From: Oscillospiraceae bacterium
GTDB taxonomy: Bacteria > Bacillota > Clostridia > Oscillospirales > CAG-272
Reading direction: 5' to 3'
Assembly (NCBI GenBank): GCA_003343845.1
Contig: QAKK01000025.1
Location: 66,418 to 130,417 of the forward strand
Length of the DNA: 64,000 nt
Positions 8,218 through 16,779 of this stretch are shown in pieces. Under the pieces are notes generated by a model. It ran no database searches. It had not been told where the DNA came from and worked only from the letters and a program-made list of their open reading frames with translations. Both the position numbers and the translations under genes were made by a program. Every line of letters begins with the position of its first letter. Position 1 is the first letter of the stretch.

Positions 8218-9310
8218 ATTCAAGGCTTTTGTCAAGAAAAACATCCCGACGGCGGCGCTCGTCCTCTACGCCGTCTTTCTCGTCGCGCTCGCCGTCCGCA
8301 TCGCCGCAGGGCTGTCCGCGCCGTTTGCCGACGCCTACAACCGCACGGTCGGCGCGGTCTGCCGCGCCGCGTTTGCCTGGGTGACGGCGATCTTCCCCTT
8401 CTCGCTCGCCGAGACGCTGCTCCTCGCGGCGCTCCCCATCGGCGTGTGGTATGTGCTCTACTGCATCAAGGTCGTCCCGCCCGAGCGGCTGCTCCGCCAC
8501 GTCTTCGGCGTGCTGGCGGGGCTTGCGCTGATCTTCTCGGCGTTCTTTCTCAACTACGGCGCGGCATACGGCGCAACGCCACTGGAGGACAAGATCGGGC
8601 TGGAGGTCACCGCGCCGAGCGCGGAGGAGCTGACGGACGCCACGCTTTACACGGCGGTGCAGCTGAATGACGCGGCAAAAGAGGTGCAATTCGCCGCCTC
8701 CGGCGCGTCGCACATGCCCTATTCCTTTGCCGAGCTGACGAAAAAGCTGAACGCCGCCTACGACAAGCTCTACGAAGAATACGACTTTCTCACACCGCTG
8801 CATGCGCCGGTCAAGCGCATCGCGCTCTCAAAGCCGATGACCTACACGCATCTCTCGGGCATCTACGCGGTCTACACCGGCGAGGCGAACGTTAACTTCA
8901 ACTACCCGGATTTCGTCATCGTCTACACCACGGCGCACGAAATGGCGCACCAGCGCGGCGTTGCCCCAGAGGATGAGGCAAATTTCATCGCCTATCTCGT
9001 CTGCACCGCGTCAGACGACCCCTACATCCGCTACTGCGGCTACGCCAACCTCTATGAATACCTTTCGGACGCGCTCTACAGCGCAAACCCGGACGCTTAC
9101 CGCACGATCGCGTCTCTCCTCGACACCCGCGTGCACGGCGAATTTGCCGCCTACTCGAAGATGTTTGAGCCTTATCGCAATTCCACCGCGTCCGACGTTG
9201 CCGACACGGTCAACGACACCTACCTGAAGTGGCAGGGCGAGACCGCAGGCACAAAAAGCTACGGGCTTGTCGTCGATCTTGCCGTGGCGTATCTGAAAAA
9301 GCTGTATTAA
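8210..9310 (+). CDS. DUF3810-type membrane protein with HExxH (putative zinc metallopeptidase)
   Basis: N-terminal TM helices and the AHEMAHQRG motif. It overlaps the upstream gene by 8 nt. Confidence 0.85.
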   Translation: MTEFKAFVKKNIPTAALVLYAVFLVALAVRIAAGLSAPFADAYNRTVGAVCRAAFAWVTAIFPFSLAETLLLAALPIGVWYVLYCIKVVPPERLLRHVFGVLAGLALIFSAFFLNYGAAYGATPLEDKIGLEVTAPSAEELTDATLYTAVQLNDAAKEVQFAASGASHMPYSFAELTKKLNAAYDKLYEEYDFLTPLHAPVKRIALSKPMTYTHLSGIYAVYTGEANVNFNYPDFVIVYTTAHEMAHQRGVAPEDEANFIAYLVCTASDDPYIRYCGYANLYEYLSDALYSANPDAYRTIASLLDTRVHGEFAAYSKMFEPYRNSTASDVADTVNDTYLKWQGETAGTKSYGLVVDLAVAYLKKLY

Positions 9311-9353
9311 GGCTCGGCGGGGACGGCTTATTTTCAAAGTCCTTGGAAAGAGG

Positions 9354-9396
9354 AACGGGGGAAACTTTCGTACACGAAAGTTTCCCCCGTTTTTTC
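9354..9396. terminator. bidirectional intrinsic terminator
   Basis: ACGGGGGAAACTTTCG-tacA-CGAAAGTTTCCCCCGT long stem plus a T run, between convergent DUF3810 and dut. Confidence 0.8.
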
Positions 9397-9405
9397 TTTT
9401 CCGAT

Positions 9406-9906
9406 TTACTTCCCCGTCGAGCCGAAACCGCCGCGGCGGACGCCGTCGGCATCGTCGTCGAAGGTGATGCCGTACTCCACGAACACGCCCTGCGCGAAGG
9501 CATCGCCCGCGGCAAGCGTGAGCGTCTTGCCCTCGTTGGAATCATTGGTGAGCTTGACGAAGATGTGTCCCTCGTTGTCGGCGTGGTAATAGTCGCTGTC
9601 GATGATGCCAACCGTGTTGTTCAGCTGTAAGCGGTATTTGAACCCCAGCCCGCTGCGCGGGTAAATCTGGAGCACCCAGCCGTCCTCGATGCAGGCGCGG
9701 ATGCCCGTGGGGATCTTGACCGTCTCGCCCTGCGCGATGGTCAGCGCGCGCGGCGTGTAAAAATCATAGCCTGCGCTGCCCGCCGTGGCGCGGCGCGGCA
9801 GCTTCAGCGTCCCGTAGACGGCTGCGCCGTCCTCGCCGAAGCAGTCGCGATACCCCTCGCAGAACTGCGCCTCTGAAACCTTCTCAAATCTCGCAATGCG
9901 CTTCAT
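9406..9906 (-). CDS. dut: dUTP diphosphatase (dUTPase family)
   Basis: AGSAGYDFY, PRSGLG, GIIDSDY and GGFGSTGK motifs. ATGA overlap with nrdG. Confidence 0.9.
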   Translation of the reverse strand: MKRIARFEKVSEAQFCEGYRDCFGEDGAAVYGTLKLPRRATAGSAGYDFYTPRALTIAQGETVKIPTGIRACIEDGWVLQIYPRSGLGFKYRLQLNNTVGIIDSDYYHADNEGHIFVKLTNDSNEGKTLTLAAGDAFAQGVFVEYGITFDDDADGVRRGGFGSTGK

Positions 9907-10418
9907 CTTGTCTGTTCCTTTCCGTAGTCGGTGTCGTGCAGCACGATCTCGCCCGCCGCGCGCGTCGCGGGGACGTCGATGACGCGCTGGTTGGAGCTGC
10001 CCTTCCAGTGCAGTCTGACATCGCGCTTTGCCGCGTCGTATCTGCCGTCCACCAGCACATCCACAAAGCCGAGCACCGGCAGTTTCGTAATCTCCTCGTA
10101 GGTATACCCGGTGTAGAGCCAGATCGTCTTTTTCGGGAAGCGGGCGCGCACCTCGGCGGCAAGCGCCGTGACCGCCTCGCGATTGGCGGGATAGAGCGGG
10201 TCGCCCCCGCTGAACGTGATGCCGCTGATGTGCGGCTTGCCGAGCTTTTCAAACAGCTCTGCCTTCGCCGCCTCGTCAAACGGCAGGCCGCCGCACGCAT
10301 CCCAGGTGACCGGGTTCTGACAGCCGGGGCATGCGTGCCCGCAGCCCGCCACCCAGAGCACGGTGCGCAGCCCGTCGCCGTTGAGCATGTCGTCGGTGGT
10401 AATATTGTGATAATTCAT
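9903..10418 (-). CDS. nrdG: anaerobic ribonucleoside-triphosphate reductase activating protein (radical SAM)
   Basis: GCGHACPGCQNP cluster motif, 171 aa, immediately downstream of nrdD. Confidence 0.95.
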   Translation of the reverse strand: MNYHNITTDDMLNGDGLRTVLWVAGCGHACPGCQNPVTWDACGGLPFDEAAKAELFEKLGKPHISGITFSGGDPLYPANREAVTALAAEVRARFPKKTIWLYTGYTYEEITKLPVLGFVDVLVDGRYDAAKRDVRLHWKGSSNQRVIDVPATRAAGEIVLHDTDYGKEQTR

Positions 10419-10439
10419 CTTCTTGCATCGACTTTCTGT

Positions 10440-12560
10440 TTACATCGACTTTCTGTCTTTGATCTCCGCCATCTTCGCGGCGTTGAGGCGGGTGTCGCCC
10501 TTGACGCGCGAATAGGAGAGGTAGCCGTTCATGCGGTCGATCTTGGTCAGATTCTTCGACCCGCACTTCGGGCAAACGTCCATTTCCAGCTCCTGATGTC
10601 CGCAGTCGTCGCAGTAGGCAAGCGAGAGGTTCACGCCCTCGTAAAAGCCCTTGCCCATCGCGCGGCGCACCAGCGTCTTGACTGCCTCGCGATTGTACTC
10701 GATCGGGTACTTGACGTACTGGATCTTGCCGCCGTTCATCAGATCCCAGAAGCGGCCCTCAAGATCCTGCTTCTCGATCGGCGTAATCTCCTCGGAGACG
10801 TGGCAATGGAAGGAATTTGACACATAGGGGCGGTCGGACACGTTCTCGACGATGCCGTACTTCTTGCGGAACTGCTCCACCTGAAGCCCGCAGAGGCTCT
10901 CGGCAGGCGTGCCGTACATCGCGTACAGCCTGCCGTCCTCCTCCTTGAACTGCGCGACCTTCTCGTTGATGTGCTCCATCACTTCGATCGCAAACCGACC
11001 GTCCTCAACCAGCGATTTGTGGTTGTGCAGCTGCTGCAGCTCGTTGAGCGCGGTGATGCCGAAGGACGCCGTGGCGCTTGCCAGCAGCGGCTTGATCTTG
11101 TCGTGAATGCCGAGGTGCCCGCCGTAGAACCCGCCCTCGCAGTAAGCAAGGGGGTTGGTGGACGCGCGCATTTCGCCGAGGTAATCATAGGTGCGCAGGT
11201 GCAGCTTGCGGATCAGCTCGAGATAGTAATCCAGCACCTCGTAGAAATCGCGGCTCTCCTTCTGCGCCTTGGCGTAGATCATCGGCAGATGCAGGCTGAC
11301 CGCGCCGATGTTGAAGCGCCCGACAAAGATCGGCTCATCCGCGTCGTCCGCGGGCTTCATGCCCCCGCGCTCAAACCACGGCGAGAGGAACGCGCGGCAG
11401 CCCATCGGCGAGACGACCTTGCCGTAGCGCTTGTAGATGCCCGCCACATAGCCGTCACCCGTGAGCGAGAGCCAGTCGGGGTACATCGAGCGCTGCGAGC
11501 AGTCCACGCCCGCCTCGAAGACGTCCTCCAGCTCCCCGCCCTCGCCGTGCAGGTTCTCGTCATAGAGGAAGACCAGCTTCGGGAAGAGCACCGGCTTCTT
11601 GCACCACTTCTTGCCCTGTCCGCCACGGCGGACGGCAAGCATCGACTTCGATGCCATCTTGGCAAAGCGGTCGCGCCCGAGCCCGAAGGTCACGGTGATA
11701 AACGGATAGTCGCCGCGGCTGGACGCCACGGTGTTGAACTTGTATTCCCAGCCCTGGAAGCCCTGGTGGAAGTCGTTTTCCAGGTCTTTGATCGTCTCTT
11801 CCTCGCAGCGCGCCTCGTCGAGCCCCAGCGCGCGGTACTTCTCCATGTACTTGTCATAGCTGCGCGCGGCGTATTTCGACAGGATCTTGTCCGCCTCGGG
11901 CACGGTAAAGCCGCCGTACTGCTGGCTTGCCGCGCTGAGCACGATGTCGCCGATGACGTCGAACGCGACATCGAGCGTCTTCGGCTCGTTGTACCAGAGG
12001 TTGCCCATCTCAAAGCCGCCCTCCAGCACCGCCGCCACGTCAAAGAGGCAGCAGTTCATCGTGTCGCGGCGCGCGGACATGTCGTGCACGTAGATATAGC
12101 CGTCGCGGCACGCCTGCAATTCCTCGACCGTGAGGAAGAATTTCTGATACAGCTCCTTGTTGAGCTGGTTGAAGATCAGCGAGCGCTTGGTGGACACCAG
12201 CGCGGAGTCCGCGTTGGAGTTCTCCTTGTCGCCGATGTACATGATCGCCTGGCTCTTGCGGTAGACCTCATCGAGCATGTGGACGAAGTCCTGCTTGTAG
12301 TTGCGGTAGTCGCGGTAGCTCTTGGCGACGGTCGGGTTGACCGCCTCCAGCGCGGCCTCGACGATGTTGTGCATCTCGGCGATGGCGATCTCGTCCTTGC
12401 CCATCTGCAACACGCGGCTGTCCACAAAGGTGCAGATCTTCCGATAGTCCTCGTCGGTAAAGGTGACGAGCGCCCGGTTGGCGGATTTGGTCACGGCAGC
12501 GACGACCTTCTGTACGTTGTAGTCCTCGCGTGTGCCGTCTTTTTTAATGATGCGGATCAT
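10440..12560 (-). CDS. nrdD: anaerobic ribonucleoside-triphosphate reductase (class III)
   Basis: N-terminal ATP-cone, C-terminal CDDCGHQ...CPKCGS zinc site and glycyl-radical tail RVKGDTRLNAA. GGAGG RBS. Confidence 0.97.
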   Translation of the reverse strand: MIRIIKKDGTREDYNVQKVVAAVTKSANRALVTFTDEDYRKICTFVDSRVLQMGKDEIAIAEMHNIVEAALEAVNPTVAKSYRDYRNYKQDFVHMLDEVYRKSQAIMYIGDKENSNADSALVSTKRSLIFNQLNKELYQKFFLTVEELQACRDGYIYVHDMSARRDTMNCCLFDVAAVLEGGFEMGNLWYNEPKTLDVAFDVIGDIVLSAASQQYGGFTVPEADKILSKYAARSYDKYMEKYRALGLDEARCEEETIKDLENDFHQGFQGWEYKFNTVASSRGDYPFITVTFGLGRDRFAKMASKSMLAVRRGGQGKKWCKKPVLFPKLVFLYDENLHGEGGELEDVFEAGVDCSQRSMYPDWLSLTGDGYVAGIYKRYGKVVSPMGCRAFLSPWFERGGMKPADDADEPIFVGRFNIGAVSLHLPMIYAKAQKESRDFYEVLDYYLELIRKLHLRTYDYLGEMRASTNPLAYCEGGFYGGHLGIHDKIKPLLASATASFGITALNELQQLHNHKSLVEDGRFAIEVMEHINEKVAQFKEEDGRLYAMYGTPAESLCGLQVEQFRKKYGIVENVSDRPYVSNSFHCHVSEEITPIEKQDLEGRFWDLMNGGKIQYVKYPIEYNREAVKTLVRRAMGKGFYEGVNLSLAYCDDCGHQELEMDVCPKCGSKNLTKIDRMNGYLSYSRVKGDTRLNAAKMAEIKDRKSM

Positions 12561-12601
12561 GGTGCGCCTCCGTATTTGAGAATCATTCCTAAAGTGTTTT
12601 T

Positions 12602-12660
12602 ATTGTACCACACCGCTATATGTAGTTTCAAGTGGCAAATTGTACAACAATATATAGATT
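12602..12660 (-). promoter_or_regulatory. nrdD promoter (TTGAAA-18-TGgTACAAT) with tandem NrdR boxes
   Basis: The -10 is at 12607-12602 and the -35 at 12631-12626. One box lies in the spacer (12608-12625, ACTACATATAGCGGTGT on the minus strand). The second is at 12641-12658 (ACAACAATATATAGA), about 32 bp apart. Confidence 0.65.
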
Positions 12661-12820
12661 TTTTCAGTGAAGTTGGTGGGGGAGGGGTGAAAACCGCTGC
12701 CCTGCCTCCGCTATTTCGTAGGGGTCGGCGCCTACGACGACCCGTTTGTGCTTTGCCGTTATCTCTCCCGCAGGCGCTATCGCGCCAGCTCCCCCGTCAG
12801 GAGGAGCCTTGGATAGACGC

Positions 12821-14227
12821 TTATTCCGCGCCTTCGGGGATTTTGGCGATAATCTGCCGATAAATGCGCGCAAAGAGCAGGAGCGTGACCGTGAGGGAGA
12901 CGACCTCGGCGATGGGATAGCTCCACCAGATCAGGTTCAGATCGCCGCTGCGCGCGAGCAGGTACGCCACCGGGACGAGCACAAGCAGCTGGCGCGCGAT
13001 GGACACCAGCATCGAATACGAGCCCCTGCCGAGCGCCTGGAACACCGAGCCGAGTACGATGCACACGCCCGCGAACAGAAAGCTCGTACTGATAATGCGC
13101 AGTGCGGTGCAGCCGAGTTCGACGACCGCCGCCTCCTTGATAAACAGCGAGAGCAGCACATCCGGGATGAGCTGCATGAGGAGCAGCCCGAGCAGCATGA
13201 AGCCGAGCGCCACGCAGGCGGCGAGCTTCACCGTCTTCATCATACGGCGGCGGTTGCCCGCGCCGTAGTTGTAGGCGATAATCGGGATGACGCCGTTGTT
13301 CATGCCGAACAGCGGCATAAACACGAAGCTTTGCAGCTTGAAATACACGCCGAAGATCGACGCGCCGAAGGCGGAAACGCCCATGAGGATGATGTTCATC
13401 GCATAGTACATGACCGAACCGACCGCGACCATGATGATCGAGGGGACGCCGATGGCGTAAATATTTTTGATGATGGTGGGATCCGGGCGGAACTCGCGCA
13501 CCTTCAGGCGGATCTCGGTGTTGAACCTATGGTTGAGCAGGATCGCAAGGACGCAGGCGACCGCCTGTCCGAGCACGGTTGCCCATGCGGCGCCCGCCGC
13601 GCCGAGCCCGAGCCCGCGCAGCCCGAAGGGCAGCTCCTCCAGAATGAAGATCGGGTCAAACACGATGTTGAAGATCGCGCCGACACCCTGCGTATACATG
13701 GTGTAGATGGTCTTGCCGGTGGACTGCATCAGCCGCTCAAACATGATCTCGAGGAAGACGAACAGCGAAAGGATCGTGCAGATGCGCAGATATGCAATGC
13801 CGCTTTCCTTGACGGCGGCGAGGTCCAGCCCCGCGTCAAGCTGTGCCGAGCTGAGAATGCCGTCGAAATACAGATTGCAGCCGAACAGTCCGAAAACGAG
13901 GATGACAACATAGCCGACGAACGCGAGCAGCACGCCGTTTTCGGCGATGCGGTTGGCGCGCACCGGGTCTTTCTCACCGAGCGCCTTTGAGAGCAGCGCG
14001 TTGACACCGACGCCTGTGCCGGTGGCAATGCCGATCATGAGATTCTGCGCCGAGAACGCCTGTCCGACGGCGGTCAGCGCTTCGAGACTGACCATGCCGA
14101 CGAAATAGCTGTCCACCACGTTGTACAGCGCCTGCACCAGCATGGAGACGATCATCGGCAGCGACATGGAGATGAGCAGCCTGCCGACCGGCATCGTGCC
14201 CATCTTGTTTTCTTTTTGCAAATCCAT
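12821..14227 (-). CDS. MATE family efflux transporter
   Basis: 12-TM profile and N-terminus MPVGRLLISMSLPMIVSMLVQALYNVVDSYFVG. Start chosen at ATG 14227 (GGAGAAG RBS) rather than the ORF-track start. Confidence 0.92.
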   Translation of the reverse strand: MDLQKENKMGTMPVGRLLISMSLPMIVSMLVQALYNVVDSYFVGMVSLEALTAVGQAFSAQNLMIGIATGTGVGVNALLSKALGEKDPVRANRIAENGVLLAFVGYVVILVFGLFGCNLYFDGILSSAQLDAGLDLAAVKESGIAYLRICTILSLFVFLEIMFERLMQSTGKTIYTMYTQGVGAIFNIVFDPIFILEELPFGLRGLGLGAAGAAWATVLGQAVACVLAILLNHRFNTEIRLKVREFRPDPTIIKNIYAIGVPSIIMVAVGSVMYYAMNIILMGVSAFGASIFGVYFKLQSFVFMPLFGMNNGVIPIIAYNYGAGNRRRMMKTVKLAACVALGFMLLGLLLMQLIPDVLLSLFIKEAAVVELGCTALRIISTSFLFAGVCIVLGSVFQALGRGSYSMLVSIARQLLVLVPVAYLLARSGDLNLIWWSYPIAEVVSLTVTLLLFARIYRQIIAKIPEGAE

Positions 14228-14358
14228 AGTCTTCTCCTTCAAAGTAAACAACATTTCTATTGTACCACACCTACCCTGCCGCGTCAATCCGACAAACCGA
14301 CGAAATGCGCCCGCTTTCGCCACGCATTTCCGACAGCACAGATTTTTTTGCAAAGCCC

Positions 14359-14408
14359 TTGACAAAATCCGAAATCGGATTTATAATTAAAATCCGAAAT
14401 CGGATTTT
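14359..14408 (+). promoter_or_regulatory. consensus promoter TTGACA-17-TATAAT with two copies of palindrome AAATCCGA-AA-TCGGATTT (probable MarR operator)
   Basis: TTGACA at 14359-14364 and TATAAT at 14382-14387. Palindrome 1 (14365-14382) fills the spacer. Palindrome 2 (14389-14408) covers the start region. Confidence 0.7.
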
Positions 14409-14421
14409 GAAAGAGAGCGTG

Positions 14422-14871
14422 ATGTACTTGAAAGAGATGACAAGATTGAACGCGGCGCTCAACGCGCTGTACATGGAGCAGGACGACATCTATTCCGCCT
14501 ATGCGGCGCACTTCGGGCTGTCGGGCACGGCATTCTGGATTCTGTACGCGATCTGCGAGAGCGACGAGGTGAAGACGCAGAATGCGCTGGCCGACGGGTT
14601 TCACATGCCGCGGCAGAGCATCAACTCAGCGGCAGCGGCGCTGGCAAAGCAGGGATATGTTGCGCTCGAGCAGCTCCCCGGTGCGCGCAGCGGCAAGGCG
14701 CTGCGGCTGACCGTGACGGGCAAAGCGTTCTGCGACCGCGTGATCTACCCGTTTTTCGCAATTGAGAGCCGCGCGCTCGACGCGCTCGGCGCGGACGCCG
14801 AACGTTATGTGGAACTGACGCGCCGCATGATCGCCGCCCTTGGGGACGGCGTCACGGATGCGATCAAGTAG
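14422..14871 (+). CDS. MarR family transcriptional regulator
   Basis: Winged-helix core (TQNALADGFHMPRQSINSAAAALAKQGYVALE). Divergent from the MATE gene and upstream of the ABC exporter pair. Confidence 0.88.
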   Translation: MYLKEMTRLNAALNALYMEQDDIYSAYAAHFGLSGTAFWILYAICESDEVKTQNALADGFHMPRQSINSAAAALAKQGYVALEQLPGARSGKALRLTVTGKAFCDRVIYPFFAIESRALDALGADAERYVELTRRMIAALGDGVTDAIK

Positions 14872-15000
14872 GGGCGGCTGCGATGCGGCGGGAGACAGAC
14901 GGCGCCCTACGGTGTGTAAAAGCACCGCCCCTACAAAACAGTGGGAGCTGTGTGCCCTATTCACGCCTTCCCCAGCGGGGGAAGGCTGAGATGCGGCAGA
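14872..15000. repeat. mosaic repeat cluster (H6, H1)
   Basis: ATGCGGCGGGAGACAGACGGCGCCCTACGGTGTG. CCTTCCCCagcGGGGGAAGGCTGAG. Confidence 0.75.
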
Positions 15001-15048
15001 GCCATTTCTGCACACGCTCCCACCCAACCATTTTTCAAAGGAGACTTT

Positions 15049-16779
15049 ATGAAAACCGTACTGCGGTTTCTGAAACCATACAAAACCAAAATCCTGCTCG
15101 TGATCCTCTGCATGGCGGCAGAGGCGGCGGGCGGACTGCTGATCCCGACCGTGACCGCCGACATCATCAACACCGGCATCGCGGGCGGCGACAGCGGCTA
15201 CATCCTGCGCCGCGGTGGGCTGATGCTGGTCATCGCCGCCGCTGCGGCAGCGGCAGCGCTCGGCGCAAGCTACACCGCCGCCGCCTTCTCGGCGAGCTTC
15301 GGGCGCGATCTGCGCTGCGCCGTCTATGACAAAACGCTGACCTTCTCGGCGGACGACGCGGAGCACTTCGGCACCGGCACGCTCATCACCCGCACACTCA
15401 GCGACGTGAGCATCGTGCAGCAGACGACCGTGATGCTGCTCCAGGGCATCCTGCCCGTGCCGCTGGTCTGCGCCGCCGGCATTTTTCTCGCCTTCCGCAT
15501 CGACCGCACGGCTGGCTTTCTGCTGCTCGGACTTACGGCGCTGATCCTCGCCGCCTCGGTGCTGGTCATGCGCCGCACCACGCCGCTCTTTGAGAAGCAG
15601 CAGCGCTTTCTCGACCGCATGAATCTCTCGGTGCGCGAGAGCATCACCGGCGTGCGCGTGGTGCGCGCCTTCAACAAGGAAGCGGCGGAGGCAAAGCGCC
15701 TCGGCGGCATTTTCGACGGCTACCGCGGCGTGTCCATCCGCGCCAACCGCATGTTTGCGGGGCTGGACTGTACGCTGATGCTGATCATCAACCTGGTGAC
15801 CGTGGCGATCCTGTGGCTGGGCGGCAACCGCACAGGCGCAGGGCTGATGGAGATCGGCGACATCTCGGCGCTGACCCAGTACGCCGCGATGATCCTGTTT
15901 TACCTTCTGATGGCGCAGTTCACGCTCATTATGATCCCGCGCGCGGTGGTCTGCGCCGGGCGTCTTGCCGAAATTCTGAACCGCACGCCGACCATCACCG
16001 ACCCTGCCGCCCCGACGGCGGCACAGGCGGGCGGCGGCGAGGTGCTGCGCTTCCGGCATGTCAACTTCCGCTTTTCCGATGCGGACACCGACGCACTCTC
16101 CGACGTGAACTTTGTCTGCCGCCGCGGGGAGACCGTGGCAATCGTGGGCAGCACGGGCAGCGGCAAATCCACCGTGGCAAAGCTGGCGCTCCGCTTCCAC
16201 GACGTGACGGGCGGCGAGGTGGACTTCTGCGGCACGGATGTGCGCAGGCTGACGCAGGGCGACCTGCGCCGCCGCATCGCCTATGTACCGCAGCAGGCAT
16301 GGCTCTTTGCCGGAACGGTGGCGTCCAACCTCCAGAGCGGTGCGCCCGGCGCGGATGCCGCCGCGATGCGCCATGCGCTGGAGGTGGCGCAGGCAAACTT
16401 CATCACAGGCGACGCAGACGGACTCGCACGCCGCGTTTCGCAGGGCGGCACCAACTTCTCGGGCGGACAGCGCCAGCGGCTGGCGATCGCCCGCGCGCTG
16501 ATGAAGCACGCCGACCTCTATATCTTTGACGACAGCTTTTCGGCGCTCGACTTCAAGACCGACGCGGCACTGCGGCATGCGCTTGCCGCCGAGACAAAGG
16601 ACGCCGCCGTGCTGATCGTGGCGCAGCGCATCAGCACCGTGCTTGCCGCCGACCGCATCGTCGTCCTCGAGGACGGCTGTGTGGCGGGCATCGGCAGACA
16701 TGCGGAGCTGCTCGAAAGCTGCGCGGTCTACCGCGACATTGTGGCATCCCAGATGAAAGGAGGCGTGACCCATGGATGA
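15049..16779 (+). CDS. ABC transporter permease/ATP-binding protein (type I exporter half)
   Basis: 6-TM domain plus NBD with Walker A GSTGSGKST, signature FSGGQRQR and Walker B LYIFDD. AAAGGAGA lies before ATG 15049. Confidence 0.93.
   Translation: MKTVLRFLKPYKTKILLVILCMAAEAAGGLLIPTVTADIINTGIAGGDSGYILRRGGLMLVIAAAAAAAALGASYTAAAFSASFGRDLRCAVYDKTLTFSADDAEHFGTGTLITRTLSDVSIVQQTTVMLLQGILPVPLVCAAGIFLAFRIDRTAGFLLLGLTALILAASVLVMRRTTPLFEKQQRFLDRMNLSVRESITGVRVVRAFNKEAAEAKRLGGIFDGYRGVSIRANRMFAGLDCTLMLIINLVTVAILWLGGNRTGAGLMEIGDISALTQYAAMILFYLLMAQFTLIMIPRAVVCAGRLAEILNRTPTITDPAAPTAAQAGGGEVLRFRHVNFRFSDADTDALSDVNFVCRRGETVAIVGSTGSGKSTVAKLALRFHDVTGGEVDFCGTDVRRLTQGDLRRRIAYVPQQAWLFAGTVASNLQSGAPGADAAAMRHALEVAQANFITGDADGLARRVSQGGTNFSGGQRQRLAIARALMKHADLYIFDDSFSALDFKTDAALRHALAAETKDAAVLIVAQRISTVLAADRIVVLEDGCVAGIGRHAELLESCAVYRDIVASQMKGGVTHG

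Noticed and set aside
12746-13990. 414-aa plus-strand ORF rich in D/E/R/H, opposite the MATE transporter gene.
   Set aside because: It is the mirror frame of a clear 12-TM MATE gene, it has an extreme charged composition, and there is no start context.
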